A stretch of 64,000 nucleotides of DNA from Polyangiales bacterium. GTDB taxonomy: Bacteria > Myxococcota_A > Polyangia > Polyangiales > Ga0077539. The stretch's first letter is position 1. Each line of letters starts with the position of its first letter. Positions 1-13,300 of the stretch are shown piece after piece. Position numbers and translations under genes: made by a program. The notes beneath the pieces are model-generated. The model saw only the letters and a program-made list of their open reading frames with translations. It was not told the DNA's origin and made no database searches. The stretch lies in assembly GCA_044229975.1 (NCBI GenBank), contig JBGARZ010000004.1:224001-288000 (forward strand), given 5' to 3'.

Positions 1-1029
1 GTCGCGGCCATCGCGACCGGGCAGTTGGGCTGCGCCAAGATGATCGCTGGTTCGACGGCGCGCGTGATGAACCAGGCTTCGCCTGCCATCCAGGCGTTTG
101 CCGACCCGGCCATCGCCGAGGCGTCGCTCCCGTACTCCATCACCCAGATGGAAGGTCTCCTCCTCATCATTCCGCAGAACCAGATGCTGCGCACCAACCT
201 GGCGCGCGCGCTCGGTTCGTTCGGCTTCGGGTTTCTCGAAGACCGCATGGAGGAGGCCGAGGTCGCCGACGACGAGGCGCGCATCGAGTACTACCGCAAC
301 CGCGCGACCATCTCGTACCTCCGCGGCAAGGAGGTGGGCATGGAGTCGCTCACCATCGAGGAGGACGGCGACGGCGGCGCCAACGGCGCGTACCACCGCG
401 GCATCGAGGCGTGGCGCTCGTACCTCCAGCGCTTCGACGACGTCGAGCAGACCGGCATGGTCTTCTGGCTCGGCTACAACTGGGCGCGCCACATCAGCCT
501 CAACAAGGACAACCCCGACGTCCTGGCCGACCTGCCCTTCGCCATCGCGTGCTTCGAGCGCGTCTTCCAGCTCGACCCGACCTTCAACAACTACGCGCCG
601 TACGTCGCCATGGGCTCGTACCACGCCCGCGCTGCGGCCTCCCTCGGCGGCGACCCGGTGCAGGCGCGGCAGATGTTCGAGACGGCCATCCAGCGCACCG
701 GCGGCAACTTCCTCACCTACAAGGTGATGATGGCCCGCGTGTACGCCGTGATGGTGCAAGACCGCGCGCTCTACACCCGCCTCCTCCAGGAGGTCATCGA
801 CGCGGGCGACGTGATGCCCGAGCAGCGCCTCGCCAACCAGATCGCCAAGCGCCGCGCGCGCCGCTACCTCGCGCAGGTCGACGACCTCATCGCCCCGGCC
901 GACCCGGCGGGCGATGCCCCCGCGGGTGACGCTCCCGCGGGTGATGCCCCGGCCGACCCGGCCGCGACCCCGCCCGCCGAGGGCGCCGCCCCGGCGACGC
1001 CCGCTCCCGCTGCCACCCCTGCCCCGTAG
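1..1029 (+). CDS. TRAP transporter TatT (T-component) family protein, probably 5'-truncated by the window edge
   Basis: Helical/TPR-like ORF ending 'LANQIAKRRARRYL', directly upstream of a DctP gene; Pro/Ala tail with 3x PAGDA; frame is open from the window start. Confidence 0.75.
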   Translation, partial: VAAIATGQLGCAKMIAGSTARVMNQASPAIQAFADPAIAEASLPYSITQMEGLLLIIPQNQMLRTNLARALGSFGFGFLEDRMEEAEVADDEARIEYYRNRATISYLRGKEVGMESLTIEEDGDGGANGAYHRGIEAWRSYLQRFDDVEQTGMVFWLGYNWARHISLNKDNPDVLADLPFAIACFERVFQLDPTFNNYAPYVAMGSYHARAAASLGGDPVQARQMFETAIQRTGGNFLTYKVMMARVYAVMVQDRALYTRLLQEVIDAGDVMPEQRLANQIAKRRARRYLAQVDDLIAPADPAGDAPAGDAPAGDAPADPAATPPAEGAAPATPAPAATPAP

Positions 1030-1100
1030 TGAATCAACGTCCCGGCCGGCTACGTCTGGCTTCGGGATTCGCAAGCCTCTCTTCCTCAGGAGTACACACC

Positions 1101-2120
1101 ATGAAGCGCTATCGATTGGCTCTGTTGGCGGTCGGTTTCGGGGCCCTCGGCGCCCTCTTCGCGGGTCGCGCCGTCGAGGCGCAGCCGGCGCCGGAGCCCG
1201 CCGCCACGCGAACGCTCTCCCTCGCGACGCTCGCCCCCGCGGGCTCCACCTGGATGCGCGTGCTCGAAGCGTGGAACCGCGAGCTCCGCCGCCGCACCAA
1301 CAAGGCCCTCTCGCTGCGCATCTACCCGGGCGGCGTGCAGGGTGACGAGTCCGAGGTGGTCCGCAAGATCCGCGCGGGTCGCCTCGACGCGGGCTCGGTC
1401 ACCGCCGTCGGTCTCGCGCAGGTGCACCGCCCGTCGCTGGTGTTCCAGATGCCGGGGATGTTTCGCTCGTACGCGCAGCTCGACGCGGCGCGCGCGGGCA
1501 CCAACGCCGACATCGTGCGGGCCTTCGACACGGCGGGCTTCGCGTTCATGGGCTGGGCCGACGTGGGCTTCGGGCGCATCTTCTCGCGCACCGCCATCCG
1601 CACCCCGGCCGACATGCGCACCACGCACCCGTACGTCTGGCGCGACGACCTCGTGATGCCGGCGTTCTACGAGGCCGCCAGCGTGCAGCCCGTGCGCATG
1701 CAGCTCCCCGAGGTGCTCACGGCGCTCCAGACCAACCGCGTCGACTCGTTCATCACCTCGCCGGTCGCGGCGGTGTCGTTGCAGTGGACGACGCGCGCCA
1801 CGCACATGCTCGACATGCCCACCAACGTCATCGTGGGCGCGACCATCTTCGGGAAGAACCAGCTCAACTCCCTCCCCGCCGACCAGCAGGCCATCCTGCG
1901 CGAGACGGCCACGCAGTTTCACCAGCTGCTCATCCAGAACCTCCGCCGCGACGAGCAGGCCGCCGTGCGCACCATCGGCAGCCGCGGCATCACCGTGACC
2001 ACCGTCGGCGACACCGAGCGCGCCCAGTGGAACGAAGTCTTCACCCGCACCCGCGCCCGCCTCGTCGGCCGCATCGCCGACCAGGCGTTCATCTCGCGCG
2101 TCGAAGGCCTCGCGCACTGA
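1101..2120 (+). CDS. dctP: TRAP transporter substrate-binding protein DctP
   Basis: AGGAG RBS, signal peptide, 'LATLAPAGSTW', 'IYPGGVQGDESEVVRKIRAGRLDA'. Confidence 0.9.
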   Translation: MKRYRLALLAVGFGALGALFAGRAVEAQPAPEPAATRTLSLATLAPAGSTWMRVLEAWNRELRRRTNKALSLRIYPGGVQGDESEVVRKIRAGRLDAGSVTAVGLAQVHRPSLVFQMPGMFRSYAQLDAARAGTNADIVRAFDTAGFAFMGWADVGFGRIFSRTAIRTPADMRTTHPYVWRDDLVMPAFYEAASVQPVRMQLPEVLTALQTNRVDSFITSPVAAVSLQWTTRATHMLDMPTNVIVGATIFGKNQLNSLPADQQAILRETATQFHQLLIQNLRRDEQAAVRTIGSRGITVTTVGDTERAQWNEVFTRTRARLVGRIADQAFISRVEGLAH

Positions 2121-2319
2121 CCCCGAGAGGGTCATCCACCCTCTCCACCTTTCCCTCCTCTCCACCATCAGATTGAACGGTCGCGGATGCGCGCCGCGCT
2201 GACGCTGCGGCGTGGGCCCTGCCGGGCGTCGACGTGGAACGTTGCCCACCCTTCGTGTCGATTGTGATAGTTCAGACGACTCCCGGGGTCTCCGGTGCGA
2301 CCCCACACAACAGGTCCTC

Positions 2320-2994
2320 ATGGCGAGCAACGACAACACCCCCGAGAACAACTCCACCGACGCTCCTGGCAACGCGCCGGAGACCCCGGAGACCGCCGCG
2401 ACCACCAGCCCCGCGGGCGCCAGCACCCCGCCCCCGGCCGCGCCCGCCAGCGTGATTCCGCCGCCGGTCACCCCGAGCGCCGCGCCCCCGGCCATCGACC
2501 CGCTCGTCGCCATGACGGCCGAGCGCGACAAGATGAAAGACCAGCTCCTTCGCACGCTCGCGGACTTCGACAACTACCGCAAGCGCAGCAAGCGCGACGA
2601 GGCCGACGCCCTCAACCGCGGCCGCGAGAAGGTGTTCACCGAGCTCCTGCCGGTGTTCGACAACCTCGAGCGCGCGGCGAGCTACGCCAAGACGGGCGCC
2701 GACGCGAAGGCCATCGCGGACGGTGTCGGCATGGTGCACAAGCTCTTCGAGGACACCCTCGTTCGCCTGGGCGGTCAGCGCCTGAAGAGCCTCGGCCAGC
2801 CCTTCGACCCGAACATCCACGAGGCCATCCAGCAGGTGGAGAGCGCCGAGTACCCCGCTGGCATCGTCGCGCTCGAACTCGTGGCGGGCTACCAGCTCGG
2901 CGAGCGGCTGCTGCGGCCTGCGATGGTGGCGGTGTCCAAGGGCGCGCCCGCCGCGGCGCCCGCGCCGAGCGACGACGACAGCAACGCAAACTGA
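2320..2994 (+). CDS. grpE: Nucleotide exchange factor GrpE
   Basis: 'LRTLADFDNYRKR', 'FDPNIHEAI', 'GYQLGERLLRPAMVAVSK'; adjacent to dnaK. Confidence 0.95.
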   Translation: MASNDNTPENNSTDAPGNAPETPETAATTSPAGASTPPPAAPASVIPPPVTPSAAPPAIDPLVAMTAERDKMKDQLLRTLADFDNYRKRSKRDEADALNRGREKVFTELLPVFDNLERAASYAKTGADAKAIADGVGMVHKLFEDTLVRLGGQRLKSLGQPFDPNIHEAIQQVESAEYPAGIVALELVAGYQLGERLLRPAMVAVSKGAPAAAPAPSDDDSNAN

Positions 2995-3009
2995 GGGGGC
3001 GAAACAGTC

Positions 3010-4821
<1,812 letters not shown>

Positions 4822-4907
4822 CAGCCCTCGCCCGCCTTGACCAGCCGCGGGGTTCCGGGCTACGGCCTCGGGCCGTGCGCAGACCCGTCCAACACTGGTT
4901 GCCTGCC

Positions 4908-5990
4908 ATGGTCGTGGGGCTGCTCCTCACGGCCACCGCTCCGTCCCCCGCGCGCGCCCAGGTGACGGGCACCGCCGACCCCACGGTGCACGTCGTCCAG
5001 CGCAACGAGTCGCTCTCCCTCATCGCTGCGATGCACCACGTCCGCGTGGCCGACCTCGCGTCGCGCAACCACCTCCACGAGCCCTACGCCCTGCGCCACA
5101 ACCAGCGCCTGCGGCTCCCCAGCAACGCCACCACCACGGCCGCCGCTCCGACCACCGCCGCCGCTCCCGCGACGCGCGGCCACGGCGAGAGCATGACCGC
5201 CGTGCGCCCCGCGCTGCTCTCCTCGCGCCCGGCTCCTGCGCCCGCGCCCGTTCGTCCCGCGCCCGTCGTGCGTCGCATCGTCGACCCGCCCCGCGGCAGC
5301 CGCGCGTGCGGCCGATGGGGGTGTCCGCGTCGCCCCGGCATCGTCAGCCTCTCGCGCCTCGCCACGGGCCAGCAGGTGACCGCCAACCTCCGCCGCCCCG
5401 GCCGCAACGTGCTCGGAACCATGCGCAGCTTCCTGCGCTCCACCGACGGGCGCACCCACAACATCGACCCGCGGCTGCTCCGTCAGCTCGCGCTCTTCAG
5501 CGACCACTTCGGCGGGCGCGTGCTGGAGGTCATCTCGGGCTTCCGCCCGGTGCGCCGCGGGCAGCACACGGCCCACTCCAACCACAACGTCGGCCACGCC
5601 GTGGACTTCCGCGTGCGCGGCGTCCCCAACCACGTCACCCGCGACTTCTGCCGAACCATCCCCAACACGGGGTGCGGGTTCTATCCGCGGTCGGTGTTCA
5701 TCCACATGGACGTGCGGTCGTCGTCGGCCTATTGGGTCGACTGGTCGCGCCCGGGGCAGCGTCCCATCTACGGCCGCGAGGGGCACCCGCCCCCGGAGCC
5801 CTCTCGCACCGGGTCCGCTCCCGCGCGCGACACCACCGCGGATGCTCTCCCGCCCGCGGGCGCCGACCCCGAGCTCGACGACGTCATCGCCGACGCGCCC
5901 ACCGTGCGCGACGCCACGCCCGACCCCGACGACGAACACGACACCGCCCCGGCGCCCAACTCCGCCCCGGCGGGCGCGCCGTCGCCGTGA
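4908..5990 (+). CDS. Exported LysM + YcbK/DUF882 (peptidase M15-like) peptidoglycan peptidase
   Basis: Signal peptide, LysM 'HVVQRNESLSLIA', M15 motifs 'VISGFR', 'SNHNVGHAVDF', 'FIHMDVR'; start may instead be GTG 4875. Confidence 0.85.
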   Translation: MVVGLLLTATAPSPARAQVTGTADPTVHVVQRNESLSLIAAMHHVRVADLASRNHLHEPYALRHNQRLRLPSNATTTAAAPTTAAAPATRGHGESMTAVRPALLSSRPAPAPAPVRPAPVVRRIVDPPRGSRACGRWGCPRRPGIVSLSRLATGQQVTANLRRPGRNVLGTMRSFLRSTDGRTHNIDPRLLRQLALFSDHFGGRVLEVISGFRPVRRGQHTAHSNHNVGHAVDFRVRGVPNHVTRDFCRTIPNTGCGFYPRSVFIHMDVRSSSAYWVDWSRPGQRPIYGREGHPPPEPSRTGSAPARDTTADALPPAGADPELDDVIADAPTVRDATPDPDDEHDTAPAPNSAPAGAPSP

Positions 5991-6084
5991 CATAACCCGT
6001 CCGACGCTCTCTCCTCCCCTCGTTGCGTGGGCCGTGCGGCGCACGCATGGTCTCGCGCTGACTTCACGCGCACCCTGAAGACGA

Positions 6085-8196
6085 ATGGCACGCACCAAGA
6101 CCGCCCCGACCCGGAAGACCCCCGCGACCACCACCACACCCTACGACGTCGTGGTGCTGTGGACGGCGAGGGCCATCGTGCACACCGACACGTTCCGGTA
6201 CTTCCTCCACGACGACGGGGACGACCGCTCGCCGCTCGACGTCATCGGGCTCGCGCACCTGCGCGACGAGGCCGTCACGCCCGCGCGGGCCAAGCGCGAG
6301 ATTCGCGATCGGCTCAAGGTGTTGGAGAAGGCGAAGGTCACGCGGGAGGGCGTTCTCTTCCGCAACGTGGAGACGCTGGGGCGGCTCCTGTCGCTCACCG
6401 TCGCCGAGCAGGAGGTGCTCGCCTTCGCCATCGTGCTCGACATCCAGAAGTCGCTTCAGGCGTGCTTCGAGCGGCTGGAGGGACTCTCGCTGCGCAAGCT
6501 CCACGAGCTGCTCGGGCAGGTGCTGGGTCTGCCCGAAAACGACGTGCGCGACGCCCTCAAGCGAACGGCGCCGCTGGCCTCGACGGGGCTCGTGCGCGTG
6601 GCGACGGACGTGCGCCGCACCTGGGACGATCCCTTCGAGGTGATGGACGGCCTCGAGAACATCCTGCTCACCGAGTACGAGACGCCCGAAGCCATCCTCG
6701 CCAACTTCTTCCGTCACTCGCCGCCGGCGAAGCTCACGCTGGAGGACTTCCCGCACGCCTCGCAGGACGTCGGGATCCTGGTTCGCTTCCTTCAAGGGGC
6801 GATCGAGAAGCAGGTGTCGGGGGTCAACGTGCTGCTGCACGGGCTGCCAGGGACGGGCAAGACCGAGCTCGCGCGCGCCCTCGCGGCGCACCTGAAGGGG
6901 CAGCTCTACGAGGTCAACGTGGAGTCCGACGACGGGTCGGCCATCTCCGGGACGGGGCGCTTCGCGGCGTACCAGTTGTGCCAGCGCATGCTCGGTCGGC
7001 GGTCGCAGACCGTGGTGCTCTTCGACGAGATCGAGGACGTGTTTCCCGACCGTTGGTATCCGTTTTTCGGGCGGCAGAAGCGGTCGGGCGAGGACAAGGG
7101 GTGGACCAACCGCCTGTTGGAGGGCAACGCCGTCCCGACGCTGTGGCTGTCCAACGAGATCGGGCAGATCGACTCGGCCTTCCTGCGGCGCTTCGACTTC
7201 ATCTTCGAGCTGCGTACGCCGCCGCTCGCGGTGCGCCGGAAGATTCTCGAGAAGCAGTTGGGTCCGTTGCCCGCGCGCCCCGCGTGGACGCAGCGCATGG
7301 CCCACGACGAGCGGCTCACGCCCGCGCACATCGAGCGCGCGGTGCGCGTCGCGCGGCTGGCGGGCTACGAGAAGGCCGAGGAGGTGGAGCCGTGCCTCAC
7401 GCGGGTGCTCCAGAACAGCCTCGCGGTGCAGTCCCCCGAGCGACCGTCCGCGCCGTCGACGCCGGAGGTGTACGACCTGCGCTTCCTCAACGCGTCGGAC
7501 GACCTGTCGGCCCTGGTGGAGACCCTGGAGCGCCGCGCGCGTGACCAGGGCGCGCTGCACGGATCGATCTGCTTGTACGGGCCGCCGGGGACGGGGAAGA
7601 CGGCCTTTGCGCATCACCTCGCCGAGCGGGTGCAGCGGCCGCTGTTGATGAAGCGCGCGTCGGACATCCTCGGCCCCTTCGTGGGGCAGACGGAGGGCAA
7701 CCTCGCGGCGATGTTCCGTCAGGCGCGGGACGAGGGCGCGGTGTTGTTGCTCGATGAGGCCGACAGCTTCTTCCAGAACCGCCGCGGCGCGAGCCAGAGC
7801 TGGGAGGTCACGCAGGTCAACGAGCTGCTGGTGCAGATGGAGTCCTTCGAGGGGTTGTTCATCTGCTCGACCAACCTCTTCGAGCATCTCGATGAGGCGT
7901 CGCTGCGGCGCTTCACGCTGAAGATCAAGTTCGACCCGCTGCGCCCCGAGCAGCGCATGGCCCTCTTCGAGCGCACCCTCGACGCGCTCGGGCAGTCGCT
8001 CGCTCCCGACGCTGCGGCGGCGACGCGCGCGGCGCTCGACCAGCTCGCGACGCTCACGCCGGGCGACTTCGCGACGGTGCGACGGCAGGCGCTGCTGCTG
8101 GAGACGACCGTCGACGCGCGGGCGCTGCTCACCGCGCTGGAGCGCGAGTGCCGCAACAAGCCCAACGCCACGCGGGGGCGGTTGGGGTTCAACTGA
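6085..8196 (+). CDS. AAA+ ATPase with two tandem AAA modules
   Basis: Walker A 'GLPGTGKT' and 'GPPGTGKT'; Walker B 'FDEIED' and 'LLDEAD'; SRH 'LRRF' twice; C-terminal 'LGF'. Confidence 0.9.
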   Translation: MARTKTAPTRKTPATTTTPYDVVVLWTARAIVHTDTFRYFLHDDGDDRSPLDVIGLAHLRDEAVTPARAKREIRDRLKVLEKAKVTREGVLFRNVETLGRLLSLTVAEQEVLAFAIVLDIQKSLQACFERLEGLSLRKLHELLGQVLGLPENDVRDALKRTAPLASTGLVRVATDVRRTWDDPFEVMDGLENILLTEYETPEAILANFFRHSPPAKLTLEDFPHASQDVGILVRFLQGAIEKQVSGVNVLLHGLPGTGKTELARALAAHLKGQLYEVNVESDDGSAISGTGRFAAYQLCQRMLGRRSQTVVLFDEIEDVFPDRWYPFFGRQKRSGEDKGWTNRLLEGNAVPTLWLSNEIGQIDSAFLRRFDFIFELRTPPLAVRRKILEKQLGPLPARPAWTQRMAHDERLTPAHIERAVRVARLAGYEKAEEVEPCLTRVLQNSLAVQSPERPSAPSTPEVYDLRFLNASDDLSALVETLERRARDQGALHGSICLYGPPGTGKTAFAHHLAERVQRPLLMKRASDILGPFVGQTEGNLAAMFRQARDEGAVLLLDEADSFFQNRRGASQSWEVTQVNELLVQMESFEGLFICSTNLFEHLDEASLRRFTLKIKFDPLRPEQRMALFERTLDALGQSLAPDAAAATRAALDQLATLTPGDFATVRRQALLLETTVDARALLTALERECRNKPNATRGRLGFN

Positions 8197-8306
8197 CGTT
8201 GGCGCCCGGTTCCGTGGCCTTCAGGCCGCGGAAGCGAGACCTCGCCCACCCCCTGCTCACTTCTGGCCATTGATGGATCCATCACCTCCGGGGGACGGTG
8301 GCGCCC

Positions 8307-10217
8307 ATGAGGTGGAACCATCTGTTCGCGGCGCTCTTCGTCGCGCTCTCTGCTGGCTGCGTGGGTAGCGACGAGCCGCCGGTGTCCGACGGCGTCGAGA
8401 CCTTCGCCAACCCGCCCGAACTCACGCCCGACGCCGAGGGCTTCTACCAGCTCCGCTTCGGCCCCGGCGCCGTCGAGATCGCGGGGCAGCGCTACTGCCT
8501 GCGCACGTACAACGGGTCCGTTCCGGCGCCCACGCTGCGCTTCCGCGCGGGGGCCGATCGTCGCGTGCACGTGCGTCTGCGCAACGAGTTCACCCGACCC
8601 AACGGGCGCGAGGTGTCGGGCATGGAGGGCCGCGAGCGCCCGACCTGCCACGACTTCAACATCACCAACCTGCACTTCCACGGCGGTCATGTGCAGCCCA
8701 ACCACGCGACGCCCGACCCGGCCGATCGCTGCTCGGGCGAAGGCTGCGCGCCCGACGGTCGCTACTACGGCGACAACGTGCTGCGCGAGGTGCGCCAGGG
8801 CGAGACCGCCCAGTACCGCTGGGACCTCGACGAGGACGGCCCCCACCACGAAGGAACCGACTGGTACCACCCGCACACCCACGGCTCGACGGCCATCCAG
8901 GTCGTCAACGGCGCCGCCGGCGCGATCATCGTGGAGGGTCCGCTCGACGCCGAACCCACCGTCGCCGCGACGCGCGAGCGCGTGATGATGCTCAATGAAA
9001 TCCCCTTCAACCACGAGACCACCACACCCCTCGCCGCGGGCGAGGCGTGCACCGAGAACAACCTCTCCATCGACAACTTCCTCGCGGTCACCGAGGGGAT
9101 GCCCATCGTCATCAACGGGCGCGTGAAGCCGCGCCTCGTCACCGCGCCCGGACAGGTCGAGCGCTGGCGGATGATCTACGCCGGAACGCCCGACGAGATG
9201 GGCATGACCCTCCACCCCGGCCTCGACGCCAATTGCACCCGCTACAACCCCCTCGAGCGCATCGAGCTCACCCAGTACGCGCGCGACGGCATCACGCTCC
9301 CGCACTACTACCGCAACCCCGTCGCGTGGGTCTCACCCGGCTATCGCATCGACGCCTTCGTCCCGATGCCCGCCACCCCGCAGACCCTCTGCCTCGTCGG
9401 CCGCCGCACCCACGACCTCGCGGGCTCGGTCATCGCCATCGTCGAAGTACGCGCCGACGCCCCGCGCGCGACCAGCACCGCCATCCCGCCGGAGTCCGTG
9501 GTCACCGCCCACGCGCCGCCCATCACCTGGGCCGGTCGCGTCGACGGCGTCTCCACCCAGGTGAGCTGCGAGTCCGTCACGCGCATCCACCAGCGCGTCG
9601 GCCTGCTCATGCCGCCCATCCCGACGGGCAGCGCGTCGCAGCTCTCCCACGGCGGCCGCTGCGAGGCCGATCACGGCCGTCATCCGCGCGACCCCGACGC
9701 GCCCGTGTGCCAGTGCCCGGCGCCCAACATCAACTGCCGCAACTTCGAAGACCGCCGCTTCCGCAACTACCGCAGCGACCGCGTCGCGGTGCTCGGGCAG
9801 AGCGAGAAGTGGGAGGTCGTCGCGGCCGACGGGCACCCGTTTCACATCCACATCAACCCCTTCCTCGTGTGCCCCAACGACTCCAACAAGGAACCCAACT
9901 TCGCCCACTGGCGCGACACCCTCTGGGTGCAGATCGACGACCGACCGCGGCAGCTCCTCATGGACTTCCGTCGCTTCACCGGGACCTTCGTCGCCCACTG
10001 CCACAAGCTCAACCACGAGGACGAAGGGATGATGGAGCTCGTCGAGATCTGCGCCGAGGGCGACCGCGAGTGCCAGTGCCAGCGCACCGACGCGAGCGGG
10101 CGATGCGTCAGTCAGGCCGCCTGCCAGGAGGACGATCGACAGTGCCAGTTCGCCGCCCTTGCGACGGCGTCGTTTCCGCTGCCTCCGCCGCCCAACCCCG
10201 CGCTGTGTCGGCCCTGA
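8307..10217 (+). CDS. Multicopper oxidase lipoprotein
   Basis: Lipobox 'LSAGC'; four Cu motifs 'TNLHFHG', 'WYHPHTHG', 'HPFHIH', 'HCHKLNHEDEGMM'. Confidence 0.92.
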   Translation: MRWNHLFAALFVALSAGCVGSDEPPVSDGVETFANPPELTPDAEGFYQLRFGPGAVEIAGQRYCLRTYNGSVPAPTLRFRAGADRRVHVRLRNEFTRPNGREVSGMEGRERPTCHDFNITNLHFHGGHVQPNHATPDPADRCSGEGCAPDGRYYGDNVLREVRQGETAQYRWDLDEDGPHHEGTDWYHPHTHGSTAIQVVNGAAGAIIVEGPLDAEPTVAATRERVMMLNEIPFNHETTTPLAAGEACTENNLSIDNFLAVTEGMPIVINGRVKPRLVTAPGQVERWRMIYAGTPDEMGMTLHPGLDANCTRYNPLERIELTQYARDGITLPHYYRNPVAWVSPGYRIDAFVPMPATPQTLCLVGRRTHDLAGSVIAIVEVRADAPRATSTAIPPESVVTAHAPPITWAGRVDGVSTQVSCESVTRIHQRVGLLMPPIPTGSASQLSHGGRCEADHGRHPRDPDAPVCQCPAPNINCRNFEDRRFRNYRSDRVAVLGQSEKWEVVAADGHPFHIHINPFLVCPNDSNKEPNFAHWRDTLWVQIDDRPRQLLMDFRRFTGTFVAHCHKLNHEDEGMMELVEICAEGDRECQCQRTDASGRCVSQAACQEDDRQCQFAALATASFPLPPPPNPALCRP

Positions 10218-10365
10218 CGCGTGCTGCCCTGCGCCACACCTGCGGTCTGACAGGTCTATCGGCGCTCCACGCGCGGTGATAGACCACTGCCTTCCGAAGG
10301 TGGGCCGAACATCCGTGCGCCAGAGATAGGGCGCGCCGCAGCCCGCCGATCCATTGAGGAGGCGA

Positions 10366-13300
10366 ATGATGAGAGATCCTTGGGCAAGACGTGGCCTGCT
10401 GATCGCCGTACTGGCGGCGGTGCAGGCCTGTGACAGCGATCCGCCGGCGGCGGGCGCCGACGTGCCGGTCGTCAACAACGACACGGGCACCACCGACGAC
10501 GCGGGCACCACCGACGACACGGGTACGCCGGGTGACACGGGTACTCCGGGTGACACCGGCACCCCCGGCGACACGGGCACGCCCGGTGATACGGGTACGC
10601 CGGGCGACACCGGCACCCCCGATGACACCGGAACGCCCGGTGACACGGGCACCCCCGTCGACGCGCCGAGCTGTCTCAGCGGGCAGACGTCCTGCGCCGG
10701 GTCGTGCGTCAACGCGCAGACCGACAACGCCAACTGCGGGACCTGCGGCACCGTCTGCGGCACCGGCCAGACCTGCACCGCCGGCGTGTGCACCTGCATG
10801 ACCGGCCAGACGCTCTGTTCGGGCGCCTGCTTCGACACGCAGAGCAGCGACGCCCACTGCGGCGCCTGCGGCACGGCCTGTCCGTCGGGCCAGACCTGCC
10901 GCGCCGGCGTCTGCGGCGCCGCCTGCGCCGCGCCCCGCACCGTCTGCGGCACCACCTGCGCCGACACGCAGACCGACAGCGCCAACTGCGGCTCGTGCGG
11001 CACCGCCTGCCCGACCGGCCAGACCTGCCAGATGGGCGCCTGCGCCTGCGCCGGCGGCGGGCGCGTGTGCGGCGGGGCGTGCATCAACGCGCAGACCGAC
11101 AACAACAACTGCGGCGACTGCGGCGTCGTGTGCCCGAGCGGGCAGACCTGCACCGCGGGCACCTGCGCGTGCCCCGGCGGTCAAGCCGCCTGCGGTACGG
11201 CGTGCGTCAACCTCCAGACCGACGGCACCAACTGCGGCTCGTGCGCGACCGCGTGCGGCGCCGGCCAGACCTGCACCGCGGGCGTGTGCACCTGCCCGTC
11301 GGGCCAGGCCAACTGCGCGGGCACCTGCGCCAACCTCCAGACCAGCAACACCAACTGCGGCACCTGCGGCACCGCCTGCTCGGCGGGCCTCACCTGCATC
11401 GCGGGCTCGTGCGGCTGCCCGACGGGCCAGGCCAACTGCGGCGGCTCGTGCATCAACGTGCAGACCGACAACGCCAACTGCGGCACCTGCGGCGCCGCGT
11501 GCCCGGCGGGTCAGACCTGCGGCGCGGGCGTGTGCGGCTGCCCGGCCGGCCAGACGGCCTGCGGGGCGACCTGCGTCAACGTCCGCACCGACAACGCCAA
11601 CTGCGGCGCCTGCGGGACGGCGTGCTCGGGCGGTGAGACCTGCATGAACGGCGTGTGCGCCTGCGCGGCGGGTCAGACCTCGTGCTCCGGCGCGTGCGTC
11701 AACACCCGCACCGACAACACCAACTGCGGCACGTGCGGGACGGCCTGCGTGACGGGCCAGAGCTGCACCAACGGCGTGTGCGCGTGCCCGGCGGGCCAGG
11801 CCCTCTGCTCGGGCGCCTGCGTCAACCAGCAGAACGACAACAGCAACTGCGGCATGTGCGGCCGCGCCTGCACCGGCGGATCGTCGTGCAACGCCGGCGT
11901 GTGCACCTTCGCGCCGCCCGCCAACGACACGCGCGCCGCCGCGGTGGACGTCAACATGACCGCCGCCGCGTCGACCTTCACGGTCAACACGACCATGGCG
12001 ACCAACAACACCACCGGGCCCGCGTCGTGCGGCTGCACCAACGGGCGCGACGTGTTCTATCGCTTCGTGCTCACGGCGCCGGAGCTGGTCTACGCCGACA
12101 CCATCGGCTCGGCCTTCAACACGTCGCTCTTCTTCCAGGACAGCGCCGGGGCGAACATCGCCGCGGCGGGCGTCACGGGCGGGGCGTTCTGCGCGGACGA
12201 CGGCGGCCTCGGCTGCACCATCGGGCAGCAGAGCCAGGGGCTCGTGAGCCTCGCGGCCGGCACCTACTACCTCGTGATCTCGGGCTGCGACCAGGGCGCG
12301 GCCACGGTGCACTTCCAGCACCTCCCCGTCGGCGGAGCGACCTTCCCGCTCGTTCGCACCGAGGGCGTCACCACCACCACCACGGGCACCCTCACGGGCA
12401 CCAGCCAGTTCGCTGCTTCGTGCGGCAACAACGGCGCGGGCCCTGAGCAGACCGGCTGGCTCGTCACCTGCCCGACCTACGCGGGCGGGGCGTTCAACCT
12501 CACGACCGCGGGCGACCAGCGCACCGACACCGTGCTCGACCAGCGCAGCGCGGCGCGCACCGTCGTCGGCGCCTGCAACGACGACACGAACTTCTTCCAG
12601 TCGGCGCTGGGCACCACCCTGCCGGCCGGGGCGGGGCTCCACACCGTCTACGTCGACTCCTTCAACGCGATGCTCCCGACGGGTCAGGGCGGGTACACCC
12701 TGCGCTACACCCTCGGCGCCTGCGCCGCGGGCACCACGCTCTGCACCAACCGCTGCGTGAACTTCCAGACGGACAACACCAACTGCGGCGCGTGCGGCAC
12801 CACCTGCACGGGCGGTTCGGCCTGCACCGCGGGCGTCTGCGCCTGCCCGGCGGGCCAGTCCTACTGCGGCGGTAGCTGCATCGTCACCACCGGGGACGTC
12901 AACAACTGCGGCACCTGCGGCAACCGCTGCGGCTTCGGCCAGGTCTGCGGGCGCGGCGGCTGCGTCAACGCGGTGACCGGGCCGTCGTTCCAGGTGACGG
13001 GCCTCACGGCGACGGCGTGCTTCACGGCCGACGCGCTGGCCCTCGTCGGCGACACCACTGGCGGCATCGCCGTGTCGGCGACGCAGGTCTTCGACGGCGG
13101 CAGCTTCACGAGCCGCTTCTCGGCGACCAACCTCACGGGCGGCGCGCGCGTGGGCACCAACTACGACGGCCTGCTGTCCAACCTCCGCACCAACGAGGTC
13201 TACGCCCTCGGCACCGCGTCGGGCTTCCTCACCCGCGCGACGGGCGCGCAGACCATCACCCGCCTCGTGCGGCTCGACCCGGCGACGGGCGCGGCGACCG

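Noticed and set aside
2121..2319. CIRCE operator upstream of grpE-dnaK
   Set aside because: No TTAGCACTC-N9-GAGTGCTAA match
6085..8196. IetAS-type ATPase/protease defence system
   Set aside because: No adjacent S8 peptidase; the neighbours are an M15 peptidase and a multicopper oxidase
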